A DNA stretch of 64,000 nucleotides, taken from Acanthaster planci (Eukaryota). Positions within the stretch are counted from its first letter, which is position 1. Each line of letters begins with the position of its first letter. Below the pieces are notes generated by a model that had not been told where the DNA came from, searched no databases, and saw only the letters and a program-made list of their open reading frames with translations. Position numbers and translations under genes: made by a program. The stretch is taken from the NCBI RefSeq assembly GCF_001949145.1, contig NW_019091358.1, positions 3,568,569 to 3,632,568 on the forward strand. Reading direction: 5' to 3'. Of this stretch, positions 1 to 9,449 are shown in pieces.

Positions 1-290
1 CCCAGGCAACTTTCCCCGCCACAGCCCATGACCAACTGACATGCATCAGTATCCAGGTGGATCCACCAGCTGCATCCTCGTTCCACCTGACTACACAGAA
101 GGATCCGTCACACTCAGTGCTCCCAGTCAGCTTATAAGCCCCACTCTCTGTCGGCATCTCTTCAGTCTCCTGACCACGGACAGAACATACTGTCCGAAAT
201 GTTGAGTTCCTCATGGTTCTTTTCAGAACCATACCGACTCACAAAAGAGATCGTATCCTTGCATGGTGCTACCGCAAGCTTTCCACCTTG

Positions 291-655
291 GTAGACAAGA
301 ATAGTTCACATGCGCTTTTGACTTTCTTTTTTTACAATGCATTTCAATTTCCGAAATGGTTCGATTGCAAGAGGCAGTCTCATCTTCAGACATTTTTGTC
401 AACACATCATAGAAATCAGATTTTTTGGTTTTGCACCATGGACAACTGTAATCGAAGGAACATGCACCAAACCCCAATATTGTATTTAGAAATTTTAAGT
501 CAGCACAAATGACATACTGAAGGTTGAATGTTTTATCATTCACAGTTACAGACTGCAAGTTTTTAGTGTTCATTACAACATCCTCAAGTACTTCCAAAAT
601 GAAGTCAGACTTTTCAGGAACCTTGGCTATTGGCAAGAACATGATCACTTGACCT
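291..655 (-). pseudogene. RAG1/Transib-like (RNase H-fold DDE) transposase, central fragment with second catalytic Asp and CxxC
   Basis: Minus translation with one frameshift near 632: SDHVLA/IAKVPEKSDFILEVLEDVVMNTKNLQSVTVNDKTFNLQYVICADLKFLNTILGFGACSFDYSCPWCK. The D-x-K...G...Y-x-CxxC pattern parallels RAG1 [25 protein letters not shown] and the Transib/Chapaev equivalents. Asp codon at 499-501, CPWC at 433-444. Similarity is lost below ~291. Confidence 0.7.
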
Positions 656-960
656 CCATGTTTTTGTCATGGCAATGAAGTGAAGCGACATGTGGGACGA
701 GAATGTTGGAAAACCTCTCCCACACCTCTATCCTGCACACACCTATAAAGGACACCGTTTCTCCCTTCAAACGTGACCACTCCTTAATCAAACTTTGGGC
801 CTCTGGTGTGAGTTGTTCATTACTTGGAGGTTGTTGTCCAGGTTTCCAGCGTCTCTGCCACTGTCTCCAAATGATGCCAAAGTCATCACCGCTTTGCTGC
901 ATCTCGGCAAGTTTGGCAGGTGAAAATGAGGGTAGAATCAAAGGACTTAAACCAGGAGGT
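656..960 (-). pseudogene. Gypsy RNaseH-integrase linker and start of integrase H2C2 domain (truncated)
   Basis: LAEMQQSGDDFGIIWRQW...LIKEWSRL...ILVPH..LHCHDK; truncated before the integrase DDE core. Confidence 0.7.
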
Positions 961-1085
961 TCAAGACATCACTGACACCCTGCCTCGCATCATGAGCAGA
1001 ACGTACACAATGGAGGATAAAGACTCCACTCTCAGAACTGTGGACAGATCGAACAACAGCTTCGCCCTCTTNNNNNNNNNNNNNN

Positions 1086-2140
1086 GGTGAGTATCAGGAT
1101 AGCAGTTGAGGGCGTCAGCACACTTATCAGACTTCCCTGACCTGTACCAAATATCGAGATCAAAAGGGGCAAGCTGAGCTGCCCATCGCTGCACAACAGC
1201 AACGAGCTTTGCCGTTCGAAGATGTGCGAGAGGATTGTTCTCAGTGTATACCCCTGTGCAACGTCCTAACAAATTATCCCTGAATTTTTCAGAAACAGCT
1301 CATTTAAGGGCTAAGAATTCCAACTTAAAGCTGGAAAGATTTGAGTACCCCTTCTCAGCACCTCGAAGGCCTCGGCTAGCAAAGGCCACTGGATGGAGCT
1401 TCCCTGACTCATCTGGTTGGGAAAGACAAGTGCCCGAACCTGTGAGTGAGGCATCAACCTCCAGGACAAAGTCTCTGCTGAAATCTGGATACTCAAGGCA
1501 TTCAAAGACTTTAGCCAGGCAGGCAAGGTGTTCCTCAAACGTGTTCAAAAAGACTAACAAGTCATCAAGGTACATGATTAACTTGGAAAGATTAAGGTCA
1601 CCAAAGATCAGCTCCACTATGTGCTGAAAAGTACTAGGTGCATTGCTCGAGCCCTGAGGAAGCCACAAAAACTCATATAGACCCCATGGAACCCAGAATG
1701 CAGTCTTCCCTATGGAATCCTCATGCATGGCTACTTGGAAGTAGCCATGCACCATGTCTAGAGACGGAAAGAGCTTTGCCCCCGCCAGAGACAACAGCGT
1801 CTCTTCAATCCTGGGTAAAGGAAATGCATCCTTTATTGTCTTGGCGTTCAGTAGCCTATAATCAATGCATAGCCTCAACTAGTACTGTCCACTCTTCTTT
1901 CGAACAAGGACAATTGGGCTAGCGTACGGGCTAGTAGACCTACGAATAATCTTTCGGTCAAGAAGATCTTGAAGAAGCCAGTTCTCCTCTTTAACAAGAC
2001 AAGGTATAACCCTGTGATGTGGCAAATTGACCGGTTTATCATCATCACACTTTATTTAATGCGGGATCAGATCACACCGACCCAAATCAAATGGGTCACA
2101 TGAAAAAGCATCAATGTACTTCCTTATCAACTCCGCAGCA
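1086..2140 (-). pseudogene. Gypsy reverse transcriptase + RNase H (degenerate)
   Basis: ORFs 1300-1878 and 961-1272, plus upstream FDLGRCDLIPH and PYASPIVLVRKK. YLDD catalytic motif present. Apparent in-frame deletion between AKVFECL and YPDFSRDF. Confidence 0.93.
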
Positions 2141-3121
2141 AGGAGAGCCTCCTCAGAACAGAGGTGACTCAAGCTAACCCCAGGGGGTAAAAGAAAATCT
2201 GATCCATCAGGAAATTTGAAATGCTCAAGAGACTATGTATCACCTTCCTCTGGATGGACTGACGATTTCAGGCTGGCCTCTTGGTGCTCAAAACAGTCAG
2301 ACTCAACATTTGAAAAATTTGATCCTTCAAAAACTACACGGTGCATTCAAACACTGAAACCACCATCTGCTGGCCCCATGAAAATGTGCTCAGTAGGCAC
2401 AACCTGCACTGCTACCGCCAGCTTCATAAATGGAGGAATAACAATAGACTCCCCACTGGTGTTAGCCACAAAAATATCAATCGACGCACCATCAAAACGG
2501 TTGATACCTTAACCCCTTCGCATCAGGACACGGGTAGAAATGCCGTAAAAATTGAGATCCTCAGCCTGCTTTTCAGCTATTATTCTCGGTCCATGCTCAA
2601 GCGAACACGGTGAAAGAAAGCAGACCCTGGCTCTTGTATATTTGCATCATAATCACCAGCTTCACAATAGCCCCCACTTTGAAAAGAGGTAACAGGAATG
2701 TGGAAACGTGAGTAGAGCTGCATGCCACCGAACAATCAGCCTTTTCACTGTGTAATTCAAAGCGTGCAGAGCACGCAGGGCCACAAACCGAGAATTTGCA
2801 GTTTGGCAGGTGGCCTTCGCGGCCTAGCGAGGCTGGAATTCTTGGAGTCGGTTTTCAGGAAGAAATTCCCGGCGCGAAGGGGTTAAAGTAACTGACACAA
2901 CATAGAAGGATCAGCAACATCAGGTGACCGCACTTCCTTGAGGCCACCATGACTTGTCAAACACAATCAGGACGCCCTTATCAGAAAATCTTTGTCATCT
3001 GGTAAAGAAGTGCTTACATCTAACTTGCATTGAACAAGTTGAACTGTGCTTGCCTGAATAACCTCTTGGTCGCAAGAGATCTAGAGCCAATGACTCAGAA
3101 CAAACATTCGAACCACTGCCT

Positions 3122-3718
3122 TCAGCGTTGGATGTGGATTGCATCCAACANAAGTGCTAATTCCCAGTAAGGGTCAAGCTGCGTTGACCCCATAACCTCC
3201 ACTCGAGATGCCACTCGCGGCAAAATGTTGCATCCAAGGATTACAGGACATTGATTTTGGGGAGCATTACAAGAGGCTTCAGTCTCTTTCGATACAAGAA
3301 AGCTACCCCTAAACTTCTGGCCAAACGCTTCCAGGGTGGTCTCAAGGTAACCCTGAACAGGAATCTCTAAATCGTTCGCGCCCATTAATTTAATGAGCGT
3401 ACCCACTGGTTCCAACTTCCTAAAATCACTTGCCATGTGTGCATTATAAAACCTGGCAGACATCAAAAAGGTCTCTGCTCCAGTATCTAGTAAACACTTA
3501 GTAGGAATGCCATTAATAATAACTGAAGCCGTTAGAGTTCTGGCCAGAAGTCTACAGCGAACCTCAGATGATGACAACTTCACGTCAGCAAACACAGGGT
3601 CATCTGTCACCTTGTCACAAATAACATGCGCTTGGTCATTAGTAAGAACCGTGGGCACTACAAAAGATCTAGTATCCTCTGTCACCCTGCCCTCTGTGAC
3701 AGAGGCTGGCCGTTTCCC
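3122..3718 (-). pseudogene. Gypsy aspartic protease region (start of pol frame)
   Basis: INGIPTKCLLDTGAETFLM...VILGCNIL retropepsin motifs. Confidence 0.9.
3676..3718 (-). promoter_or_regulatory. -1 programmed ribosomal frameshift signal (gag-pol)
   Basis: Minus strand: slippery G GGA AAC in the gag frame, 6-nt spacer GGCCAG, perfect 10-bp stem CCTCTGTCAC/GTGACAGAGG with 10-nt loop. The -1 frame reads into the protease ORF. Confidence 0.88.
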
Positions 3719-4345
3719 AAAGGCTCCCTCAAGGGCTTTTTTTCCGAAGCCGTAGCCTCAGGTTTCTTGCCCTCCATGCGCTGACGCTTAAAGCAGTTGT
3801 CTACTGCATGCCCTGGTTTACGGCAATTGGAGCACTGTAATGGACTTCTGCCAACCTTGTCCTTGCCTGCACATGGTTCAATTGCTGACTTTGCCATGCT
3901 CTCTGACACTGCTTTCTAACTTTGCATTTATATCTGACTGTTGGTCAATCAGTTTTTGCACCAACGAAACAAGTGTGTTAGTTTGTCATCACTTGCTGCA
4001 TTCGGTTTACTGGAGTGCGCAGCATATACGGTTTGAGCGTTTTCAACTTCACCTTCTGGCATAAAAGTACCTTTTGCATTGGGATAAAGCCCAAGAGCTA
4101 GCTCACGAAAGCCAAAGAATGGCAAGTCCATATGATCATATGACAACTTACAAAGCTCTCTCCGTAAGGAGGGATCCCCAACGCCCCTAATAAACTGTTC
4201 TTTGAGTGTATTCTCCCTCAATTGACTAAGCGCTGCTCTACTTTCATCGGTATTAGCCGCACATTCCATTCCTATCGTACAACCTAATAAATAAGTGACC
4301 GGCTAAAGTCAGCAAGACTCTCTTCTTGGGTCAGGGTTCACAGCG
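3682..4345 (-). pseudogene. Gypsy gag C-terminal part with CCHC zinc knuckle
   Basis: ORFs 3949-4269 and 3682-3909 (CSNCRKPGHAVDNC). EESLADFSRSL-like motif near 4290-4330. The gag N-terminus is missing. Confidence 0.85.
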
Positions 4346-4429
4346 GAAAAGTACAATGTACATGTACACAAGACAGCAAGTGCACTTAAGTGGGCGGAGT
4401 CCCAGAGACTCTTATCCATATTCATGAGG

Positions 4430-5450
4430 TCCCTAAATTAAGCAACAAAGCCAAAATTTGTCGCATGTAAACGCGAACCAACAGTTAAGCCATCACCGGT
4501 AACTTTAATCTTAAGTTAACTTTCTTCAGTCGGGGGCATATTTTCAATGCATCGTCTTAATTTGCATTCCAACTTTTTTTGCACTCTACCATTTGGTAAC
4601 TCCTGAACAGTGAAAAGGCTATTAAGTTCTCGCATACGTGTATGAAGAGCATACAGTGACGGAAATGATTCACTCTCGATGGACATTTCCTTGTAAGCCC
4701 AATCTGCTATCATGAAACTGTCTTTGATATAAAGCATTCTATTCACTGATGATTTAGTTGAATTTTCGTCTTTGATGGGACACTCAGGAAAGTATACAGT
4801 GTCTACATGTCTTCAATCGTCATTGTTTTTACTACAACTCCTTGATTTGTGAGCAAGTCTTTTGTAAAGTGCACCGTGTCTTTCAGACCTTTCTTCTTCT
4901 GATTTAACAAAGTTCTTCCATATTTTTCTTCATCTCTACCTGTGTGCGATTAGTGCGTCTACCAATTAACCTGCACAGTGTGGTTTGGGTCTTTTTAACT
5001 GATTTCTGGGATTCTTTTGCCCTTTGTTTGGCTTCTTTTGCATCATGTTCTGCTAACTTTCTTCGCTTCTTTTCGCTCTCAAGTTCATGGTCCATTTTTC
5101 ATTTTAGTGCTCCTAATTTGAGTTTATAAACACTATTTTGTAGTTTTTCCATGTACTGTTGAGCCTGCTTTCCACCACTTTGAACAGCCTTAGATAGACG
5201 ACTCATGATGCGTTTGATTGTGTGTCTCAAACGATGGGTTACTCGCACATCCAGAAAGTCAAAATTTATGTCATTTTGCTCACATATTTTTTTTCGCACG
5301 GACTCTGCCTGGCCCACCCCAGGTGGAAGCTCACTATCCTTCACCAGTCAGTAAATCACATAATACCTCACTTCTAGAATCCAATCTGAATCTGGATGGC
5401 AGTCACCAAAGGACTTCACCCCATTCCAAAGATTAAAATACAAAGAAACA
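4430..5450 (-). pseudogene. RAG1/Transib-like transposase, N-terminal part through first catalytic Asp
   Basis: Consecutive broken ORFs 5099-5344, 4904-5095 (coiled-coil, basic) and 4516-4746 (LYIKDSFMIADWAYKEMS...RMRELN). After one stop the frame continues LKIKVTGDGLTVGSRLHATNFGF. KIKVTGDG (Asp 4492-4494) parallels RAG1 VKESCDG and Transib KWGxDG. Confidence 0.65.
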
Positions 5451-5617
5451 ACTTCAACACAGAAGCCATCTTGAATTTAGAAATTTAGAACTGTCACATC
5501 TACACTCCCAGATCAATAGTTGAACATTTCTTGACGCAACAAATTGTTGTTAAAATAGTAACAACAAAGCACCAGTGACTGCACCAATATGCAACTATAT
5601 GTACAGGTATATGCAAC

Positions 5618-6319
5618 TCACACACTCAATCCTAATTTGTGGAATACATCACAATTTCCAACGAGCTTGACAAAACGAAGAGCTAGAAGATAACCCCTGT
5701 GAACAAGCTGCTTCTCAAGAGTTCCTCTCTCTGTCAGGACATACTCATCCAAACACCTTCGCTCATGAAGCCAGACTTGAATTGTCTCTTCTTCAACGTA
5801 TGCGAAGCCTCCTGCAGCATTGACAATTCTAAACCACCAGCCAACGCCAAGAAACTTGGCAACGGACTTGTGTGTGGCCCGGTAGATTTTTCATCCTGTC
5901 TTCGAATTGCCTTCCAAGGTTGCAACAGAGTCAATAAATAACTGAAAAATTTCTCGCTGCACAGTAATATAAATTGTTATTTCAGAGTCCCTGACTCATG
6001 TGAGGTGGAGGTTTTCCTTGACCTTTGTCTTCAAGTCCAGATTCACAGCACTTGCTTCTTCACTTTTGGCTTAAGTATCAGCGATGTCTGACCTGGGTCG
6101 CCATTCATCATAATGGTCATCCCAGCCAATATAGTGAATCTTCACTTCCTCAGCTCCAGATGAAGCCACTCTTTTGTCAATGACCTCTAATCGAAAAAGC
6201 TCAGAGGTTGACCAATTTGCATTGCTTGATTTCAAAGGCTGAGATGGCCCTAGGACTGGTCTGTTGTGGATGGCACGGTAGTCAAGCCTCTGTTTGGTAC
6301 TTCTCTCCCACAGATTCAT
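5618..6319 (-). pseudogene. 234-codon ORF: Tudor-knot/chromo-barrel-like domain plus C-terminal domain of unknown function; three in-frame stops, no frameshift
   Basis: LFRLEVIDKR...VKIHYIGWDDHYDEWRP resembles the MOF/Esa1/MRG15 chromo-barrel HYxGW...DEW motif. The same frame continues through stops at 6071-6073, 5996-5998 and 5891-5893 as ...VAKFLGVGWWFRIVNAAGGFAYVEEETIQVWLHERRCLDEYVLTERGTLEKQLVHRGYLLALRFVKLVG..., ending with TGA at 5618-5620. A TTTTTCAG acceptor-like site lies just upstream (~6332-6339). Confidence 0.75.
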
Positions 6320-7504
6320 AACCTGAGGACCCTGAAAAAGATCAAGTAGTTTTGTCTATGGGGCTGCAAGGCACAAGAAACTTAAAAAGCTCAATAATCC
6401 ACTTTTTCGGCAATTTGTCAATGTACATGTAGGCCTAGGCCTACTTCTACACGTAACGTTTTGTAAAATTGCTGGCCTAGGCATAATATGAACTCCTTCA
6501 TGTCCTATGTTTCTCGAAATTTGATAAAAAAATTCCCCTATGCCAAGACAAAGTTTACTTCCTCAGCACAAACACTGACAAACCTAGGCTACGGTAGCTG
6601 ACATTGCACGGTAAACTTGGTAAACTAAAGCGAACCTTAACATTTGTTACAAATGCCTTAAGTTTGCTTTAAGTGCATGACTTTACATGCCTAGCCACCA
6701 CACAGCTCCCAATACACTCACTAGACCCACATACACACACATGTACAATGACCCACCTTTTACTTAAAATGGTAGGGTTCGAACCGCAAGTAACGTCATG
6801 AACGTGGCCAACTCTTGCAAGCCCCCAAAAGTTGATTATTTTCAAAGCAATTTTTGCATCATTTTGGTCAGGAATTTATGCACAAAAAGTACACAGTTTG
6901 TGCCTTGATAATCAAATAACAGATATACAGATTTTTTACAAGCTTACCTGCGTGGTAAACACAGAAACTCTGGCTTTGAAGACAGACAATGTGCAGCTGA
7001 CAGAAAAGCAGAATCACGTGTAAACATATAGCTCCTTACCGCACTGACGAAACCGTTAGGGATAGACCGATGGCTACCATTGGTTGTTTTTTTCAACTCC
7101 AAAAGTATGGCGGTTTTTTTGACCAATTGCCTGGATTTTATATCATAGTAGAGATGAAGATCTCAACTATTCGATTGCTTTCTCCCCTGAGAAATCTGTT
7201 ACTCCAATAAGGAATGACGCTCAAAGAATTGTACCGCGAGGGTCAAAAACTGCGCGCAACCACAAAGAAATGAGCTTGGATTCGCATTTTCAGAGTAAAA
7301 AATACGGTGGTTTTTAAAATGATAGAAACAAATAATTATCATTAGTATATTGATGATGAACTAAACATTTTATTGCCATTCGCCCCCGTGAAATCGACTG
7401 AACGGTTCTCAACTTATGACAAAAAAAGCAAGAAAAAGTGGCAATTCTTGCTTAGTTTTGGGTACGTAAAGGAGACTTCACACAGGAAACCTCTTAAGTG
7501 GCCA

Positions 7505-8353
7505 ACACAAATTCATGTGTTTTGTAGACCTCGTCACTGGAGATGTGCCTGTACCAACCGATGCCAAGGATGTAACGCAGGCAGGTCTGATGAAACGCAT
7601 CAAGGCAGCGGATGGTTTAGAAGAGGGAGACCAGGATTCGCATCTGTAGAGCAGAACAGGCAATACACTGGTGTTGAAGATGCGGATTTTGGTAGATGTG
7701 CAGATCTTACCACTGCGTCATACCTGTGAGAGACAACCAAAGGTACTGTGGGCCAGTTGAAGGCGGCAGTTGGTTTACAGCTCTGATAAGCAGTCATTGG
7801 AGATCTTCGATCCAAAGTAGATGAACTGGTCCACCACTTCAACCTGCTAGTCGGAGATGTTAACTGCCGGAGGGAGAGGAGGTAGAAAGTCGGACAGGGA
7901 CTGCACTTTCGTCTTCACCTAGCTGATGGTGAAACCTTAAGGGTGAAGCAACCTCATCAAGAGCCTCCACAGCCTCCACTAGGGTGTCAAGCAGCGTGGC
8001 AGGGAGCACAACATCATCCACGTAACACAGGTCTGTGAAATGAGAGTAGTAGTCCACACCAAGGTCAGGACAGCGCTCCATCGGACAGTTCAACCAGTAA
8101 TTAACTGCAACATTGAACAGGTTCGGTGCAGCCACACAGCCCTGTCGAACTCCTGAGGTGGTTCGGAAGGGACCTGATAGGGGTACCTTTGGCCCGCATA
8201 CGGCATGTGCTGTTGGTATAGAAGTCTCAGAGGATGCAGATGTACTTGGGAGGGACTCCTACGCTCTGGAGAAGGAGCCAGATGGCGTTCTTGTCCATAG
8301 AGATGAAGGCAGCCTTCAGATCCACAAAGGCAACATATACCTCTTTCAAACAA
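7505..8353 (-). mobile_element. Non-LTR retrotransposon (RTE-like) reverse transcriptase fragment
   Basis: Across frames: DLKAAF, GVRQGCVAAPNLFN, TDLCYVDDVVL, KTKV, VDQFIYFGS, PVLLYRCESW. These are RTE-type RT and post-RT motifs, frameshifted. Confidence 0.9.
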
Positions 8354-9149
8354 AAAGGTGCCCCACGTTGAGCCCCGTCATTGACTCCAGCACAAGTTCA
8401 GTTCAAGTTTACACACACTTTGTACGTGATTTGGGATATCTTATTGATTTACACGTTCCCTGCACCAAGCAAAACCATCAATACATATACCTCACACCCA
8501 TTTACAGTAAGCAGTTTCAAATTTGCAATATAAAAATTCAGAAAAAAATCAAGTTCTCGATACACAGTGCAGCTATACATGAGAAGACTTTGTCCACTAT
8601 CCCTTAATGCACTATGAAAAAAGCCTCTCCATACCAATCTCTTGGTGGCACATTGCATTATGAATTTCCCATGTGCGTGTATTTCTACTGCCGGCCTGAG
8701 AAAAGGTCAGCCTTTGCCAAATTCCCTAATTATAGTTTTGCTCTTCTTCAGTTTTGCAAAGCACTTTACCCACTGCAATAATATACATTCTGTACTGTAC
8801 ATTTCATCCCAGCAGGATAAGTAAAAAGCCATATTCAAGTTCTCAAGCTATTGCACTCGTTCAGAAAACTGCTTATTTTCTGGAAATTCTCTTCATTTCT
8901 GTAACTGTCAGGTCTCTCTTTCCAGCAAATCACACACAAGAAGTGAAGACACAATTTCATTGATTAAAAGACTATTTATGTTGACCTTTAGCTTGTCAAA
9001 TTATAACCATCGATATCTAATTATGGAGGAATGTAGGAGTAATCTGATGAACTGTTTGTTCGGCCACACATTACCCTTCCAGTTAGCAAACAGAAAAACA
9101 GATGATGCTAGAAGAAAAGTTGAAATAAATGACAAAATACTGATTGGGT

Positions 9150-9449
9150 TCATGGGAGGATATGTGTGGGCGTTTCCTTTCTTCTTGGAAGTGGGGCGCT
9201 GTTAAGCTTAGGGAGATCTTGGTCGTCATGTTTTCTGACATTGCCTTTCTTCCTTTGATGGATGTGCACTGCTAGAAGCAACATACAGGGTGGTAATGTT
9301 GTGACCAAGCCATTCGATCGTAGGATCATCCCAGCTGCCACCAGCAGCCTGCTGAAATGTTTTTCCGGTAGATCCTGGTTGAACTTCTCGCTCAAAATGT
9401 ATTCAACTCCAGGATATGTCAACAGCAACTTGCCCAGCTCCACTGAACT
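9150..9449 (-). mobile_element. P-element/THAP9-type transposase C-terminal exon remnant
   Basis: SVELGKLLLTYPGVEYILSEKFNQDLPEKHFSR matches the P-transposase LS.xFxQDPLExxF motif; GNVR downstream. Preceded by acceptor-like TTTTATTTCAG. Confidence 0.8.

Larger units (their letters stand above)
656..4345 (-). mobile_element. Gypsy/Ty3 LTR-retrotransposon internal fragment (gag-PR-RT-RNaseH-start of IN), degenerate, no LTRs seen
   Basis: Domain order on the minus strand is gag (LKEQFIRGVGDPSLRREL; CCHC knuckle), protease (LLDTGA), RT (LCIDYRLLN...FPLPRIEE...YLDDLLVF), RNase H (FVLEVDAS...PVAFASRGL...YSSFKLE-like, VYTENNPL) and start of the integrase Zn domain. This order is diagnostic of Gypsy. 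Stops, frameshifts and deletions are present. Confidence 0.95.

Noticed and set aside
1..290. GC-richer segment continuing ORF 223-648 (PRWKACGSTMQGYDLF...)
   Set aside because: Lacks the expected LHxxLR-like continuation of the transposase, and no frame is recognisable. Treated as an unidentified adjoining fragment.
4974..4980. CACAGTG heptamers (also ~8563, ~10321) as RSS-like or Transib ends
   Set aside because: No nonamer or paired inverted end, wrong positions relative to the element, and expected by chance.
291..6340. A bona fide RAG1L-RAG2L (ProtoRAG) locus
   Set aside because: No kelch/PHD RAG2-like sequence, no RING or nonamer-binding region recognised, and the genes are tandem rather than convergent.
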